From: Candidatus Aminicenantes bacterium
GTDB lineage: Bacteria; Acidobacteriota; Aminicenantia; UBA2199
NCBI GenBank assembly: GCA_016934475.1
Contig: JAFGST010000177.1
Span: 1 to 63,908 of the forward strand
Length of the DNA: 63,908 bases
Direction: 5' to 3'
Shown: positions 57,015 to 63,908 of the stretch, one piece after another
Layout: every line of letters starts with the position of its first letter
How positions within the stretch are numbered: the first letter of the stretch is position 1
Translations under genes and position numbers: made by a program
Notes under the pieces: generated by a model
What the model was told of the DNA's origin: nothing
Seen by the model: the letters and a program-made list of their open reading frames with translations, nothing else
Database searches by the model: none

Positions 57015-57599
57015 TCAGAGCAGCTTCTGGTCCGCGATCTGCGCCATGACTTCCTGGGCGCTTTCGTCGATGGATTGGTGGTTCCAGACATCGCAGGACG
57101 CCAGACGGTCCTGCTCGATGATGCGGCCGTACAGCGCGTCCAGCTGCGGGCAAAGCTCCAGCGGGTATTCGCGCAGCCCGGCCTCGGGGATCCTTTTTTT
57201 CAGCACCTTTGCATCGATCCGGATTCGGAAGATCGCGGTGTAGGTGGGCAGCCAGAAACGATAGAGGGTTTCCAGCAGGTCCTTTCTTTCCTTGGCGACG
57301 CCGTTGCCGTGCTTGGCATCGAGTGCCCTCTGCCACTCCACCCAGTGGTCCAGGAGCGACCCGTCGCAGAGCAGGAAGTCGGGATGGTTCTGGGAACGGA
57401 CGTTCTCCTCGTTGATTTGGTTGGTGATGAAGAAGAACTGGCTGACGAAGCCGGGCTTCTGGTCGAAGTCGAACGGGCTGTTCAGCCGCAGGTCCATAAC
57501 GTCTTCCACGCGGTATTTCAATGACAGGAGCTTCTTCACTTCCGCCAGGATCGAGGTCCTGCCGCTGCCGGGGATCCCCGAAAAAGCGATTTTGTGCAT
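57015..57599 (-). CDS. P-loop NTPase, AAA_28/NadR-kinase-like
   Basis: 194 aa with Walker A GIPGSGRTS and a Walker B-like LLCDGSLLDHW. It ends 29 nt upstream of thyX. Confidence 0.7.
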   Translation of the reverse strand: MHKIAFSGIPGSGRTSILAEVKKLLSLKYRVEDVMDLRLNSPFDFDQKPGFVSQFFFITNQINEENVRSQNHPDFLLCDGSLLDHWVEWQRALDAKHGNGVAKERKDLLETLYRFWLPTYTAIFRIRIDAKVLKKRIPEAGLREYPLELCPQLDALYGRIIEQDRLASCDVWNHQSIDESAQEVMAQIADQKLL

Positions 57600-57716
57600 G
57601 GGGAAATTGTAGGCGACATCCGCCGCAAAGTCAAATTTACTTTTGCGGGAAATTTTGCTATGATGGGAGCCGATGGAATTCGTAGCCCAACGGAATCATC
57701 CGCAGCGACCACGAAC

Positions 57717-58157
57717 ATGACCAACCAGGAAATCTCCCGCGCCTTCGACAAGATGGCCTTTTTTCTGTCGTTGAAGGACGAGAACGAATTCAAGATCAGC
57801 GCCTACAGCAAGGCCGCCAAAAGCATCCGCGAGCACCTGATCCCCATCGAGGACATGCTGCTGGCCGGGGAAGACCTGACCCGGATCGAGGGCATCGGCA
57901 AGGTGTTGGCCCAGAAGATCGAGGACCTGGTCATCCTCGGCTCGCTGAAGAGCCTGGACGATTTGCTGCTGGAATTCCCCGACAGCCTGTATGAATTGTC
58001 CCAGATCAAGGGAATCGGGCCCAAGACCATCGGGAAAATCTTCGAAACGCACAAGCTCAAGTCCCTGGACGAACTCAGATCCTTTCTGCTGCGCGGAGAA
58101 AAGCTCTGCATCGCAGCCCCCTACGAATGCCGCATCCGGGAATTTTTTAAAAAATGA
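57717..58157 (+). CDS. Stand-alone PolX N-terminal domain protein (8-kDa lyase-like plus HhH fingers)
   Basis: Starts MTNQEISRAFDKMAFFLSLKDENEFKISAYSKAAKSI, like bacterial PolX N-termini. It has two HhH motifs (IEGIGKVLAQKI, IKGIGPKTIGKI). Palm, thumb and PHP domains are absent. It shares an ATGA overlap with maf. Confidence 0.62.
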   Translation: MTNQEISRAFDKMAFFLSLKDENEFKISAYSKAAKSIREHLIPIEDMLLAGEDLTRIEGIGKVLAQKIEDLVILGSLKSLDDLLLEFPDSLYELSQIKGIGPKTIGKIFETHKLKSLDELRSFLLRGEKLCIAAPYECRIREFFKK

Positions 58158-58726
58158 ACGTCGTTTTGGCCTCGGCGTCCCCGCGGCGCAAAGAACTGCT
58201 GCAGATGATCGGCATCCAACCGCAGGTCCTCCCCCCGGATATCGAGGAGATTCTCCACCCCGGAGAAGCGATCGAGGAATTCCTGCGCCGGGTGGCCATC
58301 GCCAAGGGTATCGCCGTGTACCGCAAGAGCTTTTTCCAGAGCCTGCTGGTCAGCGCCGACACCGTGGTCCTCCTCGACGGCTCGTCGATCGGCAAGCCGG
58401 GCGATCGCGGCGAGGCCCAGGCGATGCTGCGCCGCCTGTCGGGGCGGATGCACCAGGTGCTGACCGGCTTGGCCGTGATGCACCAGGGAGAAACCCGCTT
58501 CGCCATTTCCCGCACCCGTGTATTTTTCAAGGCGCTGGAGGACAGGGAGATCGATCTCTATCTGGACCACGAGCATTTCCTGGACAAGGCGGGCGCCTAT
58601 GCCATCCAGGGACGGGCCGCCCTCTTCGTGGAGCGGATCGAGGGCTGCTTTTTCAATGTCATGGGATTCCCCCTGAACCTGTTCTATCGCATGCTCATCG
58701 AGCGCGGAGTGCACCTGGATGATTGA
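58154..58726 (+). CDS. maf: Maf-family nucleoside triphosphate pyrophosphatase
   Basis: 190 aa with LASASPRRKELL, ADTVV and DKAGAYAIQG. Confidence 0.92.
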   Translation: MNVVLASASPRRKELLQMIGIQPQVLPPDIEEILHPGEAIEEFLRRVAIAKGIAVYRKSFFQSLLVSADTVVLLDGSSIGKPGDRGEAQAMLRRLSGRMHQVLTGLAVMHQGETRFAISRTRVFFKALEDREIDLYLDHEHFLDKAGAYAIQGRAALFVERIEGCFFNVMGFPLNLFYRMLIERGVHLDD

Positions 58727-59780
58727 AGCGGGGAAAGGGCCGCAGGACAGGGAGACCGTCCTCATCCCCGGCGTCCGAAGCCTCTCGCGCATGGGCATGG
58801 GCGGCATCCCGATCCAAAGGCTGGAGGTGAGCGCCTCGGACCGCGTTCTGGAAAAGGCCGTTGACTGCGGCATCGCCTTTTTTGACACCGCGCGCATCTA
58901 CACCGACAGCGAAAGCAAGTTCGGGCGGGTCTTGTCCCGCCACCGCCGGCGGGTGATCATCGCCAGCAAGTCGTTTCAACGCGGGGCCGCGGAGGTCCAG
59001 CGCGACATCGAAGAGAGCCTGCGGCAGCTGCGGACAGATTATATCGACATCTACCAGTGCCACAACGTGGCCAGCATGGAAGAACTGGAGCGGGTCCTTT
59101 CTCCCGGCGGCGCCGTGGCCGCGATGATCAAGGCCAAGGAGCAGGGCAAGATCCTTCATGTCGGCATCACCGGGCACAAGCCCGCCATCGTGGCCATGGC
59201 GCTGGCGCGCTTTCCTTTCGCCACCGTCCAGGTCCCGTGTAATTTCATGGAAACCGGGGCCATGAAGGAACTCATCCCCGAGGCGCATCGGCAGCGGGTC
59301 GGCGTCATCGCCATGAAGCCGGTGGGTGGCGGCAACATCCGCGAGACGGGCCTGAACTTCCGCTTCATCTTCAACCATGGGATCGATGTGGCCATTCCGG
59401 GGATGGACTCGGAGCGGCAGGTCCTGGAAAATGTGGCGGCGCTGGCCGACCTGTCGCCGCTGCGCGCGGAGGAGACCGCCCGGTTGCAGGCCGAGAAGGA
59501 CCGCCTGGGCGACCATTTCTGCCGCCGCTGTGAATACTGCATGCCCTGCCCCCAGGGCCTGCCGATTTCCTTTCTTCATGTACTCAGGAACTACTACTTC
59601 CATTACCACCTGAAGGACTGGGCCCTGGAGCGGCTCGCCGCCCTGCCCAAGGCCTTCAAGGATTGCGTCGCCTGCGGCCAGTGTGTGCCGAAGTGCCCCT
59701 ATCACCTCGACATGCCGACGATCTTCCGCGAGACCTGGGAGCGCATCCAGGCCGACCGGTCTTTGTCGGATGGGGGGTGA
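58719..59780 (+). CDS. Aldo/keto reductase with C-terminal 4Fe-4S ferredoxin-type Cys motifs
   Basis: 353 aa with an AKR core (FFDTARIY..SE, IDIYQCH) and Cys clusters (CRRCEYCMPCP, CVACGQCVPKCP). It overlaps maf by 8 nt. Confidence 0.85.
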   Translation: MIEAGKGPQDRETVLIPGVRSLSRMGMGGIPIQRLEVSASDRVLEKAVDCGIAFFDTARIYTDSESKFGRVLSRHRRRVIIASKSFQRGAAEVQRDIEESLRQLRTDYIDIYQCHNVASMEELERVLSPGGAVAAMIKAKEQGKILHVGITGHKPAIVAMALARFPFATVQVPCNFMETGAMKELIPEAHRQRVGVIAMKPVGGGNIRETGLNFRFIFNHGIDVAIPGMDSERQVLENVAALADLSPLRAEETARLQAEKDRLGDHFCRRCEYCMPCPQGLPISFLHVLRNYYFHYHLKDWALERLAALPKAFKDCVACGQCVPKCPYHLDMPTIFRETWERIQADRSLSDGG

Positions 59781-59844
59781 ATGTTGCCCGGCCCGGAGGG
59801 AAAGATCCCTTTACTCTGCGCCGGCAGTGGAATATAATCCGGGC

Positions 59845-60189
59845 ATGGACGCGCGGAGCCGGATCGAGGAAGAGAAGCTGCAGAACATCCTGAATCCCCG
59901 CAAGTCCAACCGCGAATTCAAGATCACCATCCGCTTCCAGAAGCACCTCTCGCGCAATTTCGAGAAGGCATTGGCCCTGGCCCGCAAGAACGCGCATTTC
60001 ATGGAGGAGGGAGAGGGGGATTTTTACAAGGCCTACGCCAGCTTTCATCCCCAGGATGTCGAGGGTCTGTTCGAATTGTTCGAGTTGGTCAAGGACCATG
60101 AAACGACGAAAATCTTCCTGAACAACAAGGCCATCCCCTATGTGCAGGACCTTTGGCTGTTCCTGCTTTGGTTCTACCGGGTGAAATGA
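59845..60189 (+). CDS. Hypothetical protein (114 aa)
   Basis: Starting at ATG 59845 avoids overlap with the preceding gene. I recognise no motif. Coding status is inferred only from ORF length and codon look. Confidence 0.4.
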   Translation: MDARSRIEEEKLQNILNPRKSNREFKITIRFQKHLSRNFEKALALARKNAHFMEEGEGDFYKAYASFHPQDVEGLFELFELVKDHETTKIFLNNKAIPYVQDLWLFLLWFYRVK

Positions 60190-60215
60190 AATCGATAAAA
60201 AAGAGCCTCGACAAC

Positions 60216-60244
60216 TTGACTTTTTTCCGCAATTAAATTATAAG
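60216..60244 (+). promoter_or_regulatory. Predicted promoter of the TPR lipoprotein gene
   Basis: TTGACT (60216-60221), 17-nt spacer, TATAAG (60239-60244). A GAGGAGG RBS precedes ATG 60268. Confidence 0.5.
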
Positions 60245-60267
60245 TTCACTTTGCTGAGGAGGTTCGT

Positions 60268-61263
60268 ATGAAAAAACTTTGGTCGGTTTTGCTCATACTG
60301 TTCTTGGCCGCCGTAATCGCCGCCAGTTTCGCCGCCTGCGACAAGCTGAAAATCACCAACCTGAAGGCCAACAAACATTTCAAGACGGCCAACCGCTACT
60401 ACAGCGAGGAAAAGTTCAAGAAGGCCATCAGCGAGTACGAGGCCGCGCTGGAACTGAATCCCAACCTGAAGGCCTCCTATTATTATCTTGGCTCGAGTTA
60501 CATCATGGTCTACCGCCCCGGAGACGACTCGGAGCAGAACAAGGAATACGGGACAAAGGCCGTCAAATACCTCCAGAAAGCCCTGGGGCTCAATCCGGAC
60601 AACGAAAATATCATCCAGGCGCTCGGGGACATCAACGACAAGCTGCGCAACTTCGAGGAGGCCGAGAAGTATTACCTGCGTGTGCAGAAATTCACTCCCG
60701 ATGACCCGGTTTCCTACTACAACCTGGCCGGTTTCTACAACAACAACGGCAAGTACGACAAGGCCATCGATATGTACGAGAAGCGGATCGCCCTGGATCC
60801 GGAAAACCCGGAAGGATATCTTTACCTGGCCGGGTTTTACCAGGACAAGCGCAAGTGGGACGACGCCATCAAGAACCACGAAATCAGGATTGAGAAGATC
60901 GCCACCTCCTCGATGGACGAGAAGGAAAAGAACGAACTCCTGGCCGACGCCTACTACCGGCTGGGTGTTGTCATCTGGAACAAGAGCTACCAGACCCCTC
61001 CCGACATCATGGGCCCGGTCGAGAGGCTGCAGGTCGTGGAGAAAGGATTTGAGGCCCTGAACAAATCCGTCGAGCTCCATCCCAACTTCCCCGATCCCTG
61101 GGCCTACATGAACCTGCTCTATCGCCAGAAGGCGATCGCCGAGCCCCTGAAGGCCGCCGAATACACCAAGCAGGCCGAGGCCATGGCCCAGAAGTTCCAG
61201 GATCTCCGCAAGCGGAAATTGGCCACCGAGCAGTTCATGAAGGACCTGGCCAAGGAAAAATAA
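60268..61263 (+). CDS. TPR-repeat lipoprotein
   Basis: 331 aa with a lipoprotein signal ending in a lipobox (ASFAAC) and multiple TPR-like repeats (AISEYEAALELNPN, YYNLAGFYNNNGKYDKAIDMYEKRIALDPEN). Confidence 0.8.
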   Translation: MKKLWSVLLILFLAAVIAASFAACDKLKITNLKANKHFKTANRYYSEEKFKKAISEYEAALELNPNLKASYYYLGSSYIMVYRPGDDSEQNKEYGTKAVKYLQKALGLNPDNENIIQALGDINDKLRNFEEAEKYYLRVQKFTPDDPVSYYNLAGFYNNNGKYDKAIDMYEKRIALDPENPEGYLYLAGFYQDKRKWDDAIKNHEIRIEKIATSSMDEKEKNELLADAYYRLGVVIWNKSYQTPPDIMGPVERLQVVEKGFEALNKSVELHPNFPDPWAYMNLLYRQKAIAEPLKAAEYTKQAEAMAQKFQDLRKRKLATEQFMKDLAKEK

Positions 61264-61276
61264 AACCGGAAAGCGA

Positions 61277-61312
61277 AAACCCCTTGTTCTTCCCAGGGCA
61301 AGGGGTTTTTTT
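61277..61312 (+). terminator. Rho-independent terminator
   Basis: The stem CCCCTTG (61280-61286) / CAAGGGG (61299-61305) is extended by A/T pairs and followed by a run of seven T (61306-61312). It begins 14 nt after the TPR gene stop. Confidence 0.75.
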
Positions 61313-61313
61313 A

Positions 61314-61342
61314 TTGACGGGTTGTACTAAAAAGGTTATATT
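61314..61342 (+). promoter_or_regulatory. Predicted promoter of the Rrf2 regulator (leaderless geometry)
   Basis: TTGACG (61314-61319), 17-nt spacer, TATATT (61337-61342). The -10 hexamer ends 6 nt before ATG 61349 and there is no SD sequence. Confidence 0.5.
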
Positions 61343-61348
61343 TGCGGG

Positions 61349-61756
61349 ATGAAGATCAATACCAAGATCCGCTATGGGCTGCGCATGCTTATCGCCATCG
61401 CCCAGGCCAATTCCCTGGTGAACACGACCGATCTGGGTGAACGCATGCAGGTTTCCCCCAAGTATCTGCGCAAGCTGGTTGGCCCCCTGGAGAAGGCCGG
61501 TTTGGTCCGCAGCGTCCAGGGCATCCACGGGGGGTACAGGCTGGCCCTCAAGCCCGAGCAGATCACCCTGCAGATGCTGATGGACGCCTTTCAGGAACGG
61601 CTGTCGCTCGCCGATTGCGTCGTCGGCAAGAACTGCGGGCTGAAGGATACGTGCCTGGCCAGGCAAGTATGGGAGATGCTCGAAAGAACGCTTCATGATC
61701 GCTTTTCTCCCGTCACCCTCGCCGATATCCTGCAACGCAGGCTGGGCAAGCCCTGA
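61349..61756 (+). CDS. Rrf2-family transcriptional regulator with Cys triad
   Basis: 135 aa with an N-terminal wHTH (KIRYGLRMLIAIA) and a C-x6-C-x5-C triad (DCVVGKNCGLKDTC), as in Fe-S binding IscR/NsrR-type members. Confidence 0.9.
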   Translation: MKINTKIRYGLRMLIAIAQANSLVNTTDLGERMQVSPKYLRKLVGPLEKAGLVRSVQGIHGGYRLALKPEQITLQMLMDAFQERLSLADCVVGKNCGLKDTCLARQVWEMLERTLHDRFSPVTLADILQRRLGKP

Positions 61757-61802
61757 TCCCCCGGATTTCCTTGTTGTTCGGCGCTCCCGTTAGCCGGCAA
61801 GC

Positions 61803-61831
61803 TTGACATGCCGGGCAAATTATTGTATATT
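61803..61831 (+). promoter_or_regulatory. Predicted promoter of the 158-aa secreted protein gene
   Basis: TTGACA (61803-61808), 17-nt spacer, TATATT (61826-61831). Confidence 0.5.
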
Positions 61832-61845
61832 TTCAGCCAAGAAAG

Positions 61846-62322
61846 ATGACCAAATTCAACGCCCTGATTCTGATGTGCCTGTTCCTTTGCATCGGCCGAG
61901 GATTTTCCCAGGACGATTTCCTGAAGATCGAATGCGAGGTGTCCCCGCGCCACATCCTCCAAGGCAACGAGGGGCTGCTGAAAATCAGGATCGCCGCGCG
62001 CAACGGGGTCCGGATTTCGGCCAATCCCGAATTCCTGATCCAGCTGGAGGAGAACGAGAACGTTTCGTTCGCCAAGATATTTTTCGCCGGATCGGAACTG
62101 AACCTGCCGACCACCCAGGAGAAGGAAGGGGTGTTCCTGGATCCGCAGAAGGAGATCGAGGTCCCCTTCTCGTTGAACGACAGCGCCCTGATCGGCAACC
62201 TGACCATCAGCGGAGAAATCATCTTCACCCTCCTGCTCCAGGACAACTGGTCGGTGAAGACCTCCCAGAAATTCTCGGCCAATTTCATTTCCCGCCGCAA
62301 TTACAAGATCAAGAAAAAATGA
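61846..62322 (+). CDS. Hypothetical secreted protein (158 aa)
   Basis: It has a signal peptide (MTKFNALILMCLFLCIGRGFSQ) and is beta-rich. I recognise no family. Confidence 0.55.
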   Translation: MTKFNALILMCLFLCIGRGFSQDDFLKIECEVSPRHILQGNEGLLKIRIAARNGVRISANPEFLIQLEENENVSFAKIFFAGSELNLPTTQEKEGVFLDPQKEIEVPFSLNDSALIGNLTISGEIIFTLLLQDNWSVKTSQKFSANFISRRNYKIKKK

Positions 62323-62329
62323 ATTCCGC

Positions 62330-63301
62330 TCACAGCAGACCTTGCTGGCAATACCAGCCGATCGTTTCCTCCAGAGCCGCCTCCAGAGTGAATCGGGGTT
62401 GAAAATGGAGGCGGGCGGCGATTTTTTCGCTCGAACATACCCAGGCCGGATATTTCATTTCAATGAACTTATCTCGGTTGAAGATCGCCTTTTTCCCAAA
62501 AGTGCGGATTCGGGTTTCGCTGAACTCGGCCAGCACGCGGCCCAGGATCCGTGGGATCATGATCCGCTTCGTTTTTTCTTTGCCCAGAAGCCGGGCGGCC
62601 AGCCCCATGAATGTCCGCCACTCGATCGGTTCCGGGTTGGCGATGTAGAATATCTCGTCCTGGCAAGGGCTGAAAGCCGCCGCCGCCATGCCGCGCACTA
62701 GGTCCTTGACGTACACCACCGAGTACCAGTGCTCCTTTCGCCCGAGAACGGGGAGGATCCCCCGGCGCACGATGCGCAGGGCTTCGAGCATGTCCATGTC
62801 GCCCGGACCGAATACGACCGGGGCACGAACGACGACATGGGGGGCCGCGCAGTGGGCGGCGAGGATTTTCTCCTGGGCTAGCTTGCTCTTGCCGTACAGG
62901 GAAATCGGATCGGCGGGCATTTCCTCGCGCAGTCGTGTGACCTGGCGGTTGGGCCCGGCGGCCGCCAACGACGAGAGCAGGAGGACCTTGCGCAACGCCG
63001 GCAGGGGCCGCAGCCTTTCCAGCAGCGAGCGGGTGCCCTCCTGGTTGACGCGAATGAACTCCCGCGGGGATACGGCCTTGGTGACCGCCGCCAAATGGAA
63101 TACCACTTCGGTGGCGGGCGGGAGGGGCTCGGACGCGAAGAGATCGCCGTGGACCACGGAAATGTCGTCGTGGAATTCGAATGTCTTAAGCTTGCCGCTG
63201 TCCCGGACCAGCGCATGCACGCGGTGCTTTTTTTCGGCCAGGAGCTCCCGGATCAGATGGCTGCCGACGAATCCCGTTCCGCCGGTGACGAGTATGTGCA
63301 T
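62330..63301 (-). CDS. NAD-dependent epimerase/dehydratase family (extended SDR) protein
   Basis: 323 aa with the Rossmann motif ILVTGGTGFVGSHL and YGKSK (Y-x3-K). Confidence 0.88.
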   Translation of the reverse strand: MHILVTGGTGFVGSHLIRELLAEKKHRVHALVRDSGKLKTFEFHDDISVVHGDLFASEPLPPATEVVFHLAAVTKAVSPREFIRVNQEGTRSLLERLRPLPALRKVLLLSSLAAAGPNRQVTRLREEMPADPISLYGKSKLAQEKILAAHCAAPHVVVRAPVVFGPGDMDMLEALRIVRRGILPVLGRKEHWYSVVYVKDLVRGMAAAAFSPCQDEIFYIANPEPIEWRTFMGLAARLLGKEKTKRIMIPRILGRVLAEFSETRIRTFGKKAIFNRDKFIEMKYPAWVCSSEKIAARLHFQPRFTLEAALEETIGWYCQQGLL

Positions 63302-63350
63302 GGAAAAATTCTATAGAATCCGCAGCAATTATGCAAACGAGGAGTGAACG

Positions 63351-63908
63351 ATGGATGTTTTCAAGAAGTGCTTCGAATTCACCCGGGTCGAGGACGCGAA
63401 AAACTCCGGGCTCTATCCCTATTTCACCGAGATCGAGAAAGTGGAGGGCAACCACGTCTGGGTCGGCGGGAAAAAAATCCTCATGGTCGGCTCCAACAAC
63501 TATTTGGGACTCTTCGATGATCCGAAAATCAAGGCCTCGACCATCGCCGAGGTCCAGAAATACGGCTCCTCCACCTGCGGCTCGCGCTTCCTGAACGGAA
63601 CCTATTCCCTGCACGTCGAACTGGAAAAGAAGCTGGCCCGCTTCATGGGCAAGGAAGAGGCCCTGACCTTTTCCACCGGCATGCAGACCAACCTGGGGAC
63701 CATCTCGGCCCTGGCGGGGCGCGACGATGTCATCATCCTGGACCGCATGGTCCACGCATCGATCATGGACGCCGTGCGCCTTTCCTACGCCCATGTGGCC
63801 AAGTTCAAGCACAACGACATGAAGGACCTCGAGGACAAGCTGGCCCATCAGCCTGCCGAGAAGGGCAAGCTGATCATCGTCGACGGGGTCTTCAGCATGG
63901 AGGGCGAC
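63351..63908 (+). CDS. Alpha-oxoamine synthase, serine palmitoyltransferase-like (N-terminal 186 codons, runs off the right edge)
   Basis: Absent from the track because no stop lies in the window. My translation from ATG 63351 (preceded by AGGAG) is MDVFKKCFEFTRVEDAKNSGLYPYFTEIE...GSNNYLGL...GSRFLNGTYSLHVELEKKLARFMGKEEALTFSTGMQTNLG...HASIMD...HNDM.DLE..L...GKLIIVDGVFSMEGD. Confidence 0.85.
   Translation, partial: MDVFKKCFEFTRVEDAKNSGLYPYFTEIEKVEGNHVWVGGKKILMVGSNNYLGLFDDPKIKASTIAEVQKYGSSTCGSRFLNGTYSLHVELEKKLARFMGKEEALTFSTGMQTNLGTISALAGRDDVIILDRMVHASIMDAVRLSYAHVAKFKHNDMKDLEDKLAHQPAEKGKLIIVDGVFSMEGD

Noticed and set aside
56986-57336. N-terminal extension of the thyX ORF (track start 57336) overlapping the NTPase gene
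   Set aside because: It is basic, low-complexity off-frame sequence over the upstream gene. A TTG at 56985 with a GGGAGG RBS follows the upstream stop.

Overview
The window is an origin-proximal, mostly housekeeping chromosome segment from a GC-rich diderm bacterium; the diderm call rests on KdsB, Lnt and several outer-membrane beta-barrels. The left edge carries gyrA, gyrB, recF, dnaN and dnaA, all on the minus strand. A compact divergent promoter region at 7387-7526 contains two inverted DnaA-box 9-mers. To its right, on the plus strand, lie glnA and a tightly coupled rsmG-parA-parB-bactofilin-kdsB-pyrG string, with rsmG bracketed by two canonical parS palindromes.

Further right, in order:
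- an OMP / nitroreductase / MBL-hydrolase operon
- a cobalamin riboswitch driving a BtuF/D/C-like ABC importer
- a two-gene operon for a large uncharacterised beta-barrel and a secreted 4xPKD protein
- alr
- an ECF sigma / zinc anti-sigma module followed by three membrane proteins
- pgsA, a CheY-like receiver and a YhcC-type radical SAM enzyme
- a DUF4388/J-domain/TPR protein
- glgA-trxA-trxB
- an orphan AmmeMemoRadiSam radical SAM enzyme
- a TatT-associated TRAP transporter
- nadA, preceded by tandem hairpins reminiscent of the nadA (NAD+) riboswitch motif, then nfu
- an orphan family-5 solute-binding protein
- nfeD-SPFH-SPOR-lnt
- lpd, hisC, scpB, scpA, trpS and an M50 protease
- a DUF4139-like protein and a purine permease
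- an AAA_28-like NTPase with a duplicated-domain ThyX
- a stand-alone PolX N-terminal (HhH) protein coupled to maf
- an Fe-S aldo/keto reductase, a TPR lipoprotein and an Rrf2 regulator
- at the right edge, an SDR epimerase/reductase divergent from a serine-palmitoyltransferase-like gene

I saw no rRNA, tRNA, CRISPR array, transposase, integrase or recognisable defence genes. I did not find a clear-cut novel multi-gene system. The best candidates for something undescribed are the barrel + PKD pair (19020-22959), the ThyX / NTPase / truncated-PolX / Maf cluster (55519-58726), the nadA leader RNA, and the truncated Spt locus. Many long ORFs in the supplied track are antisense or off-frame shadow ORFs of a GC3-rich genome and were rejected. 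All family assignments rest on motifs I recognise by eye; no database search was run.
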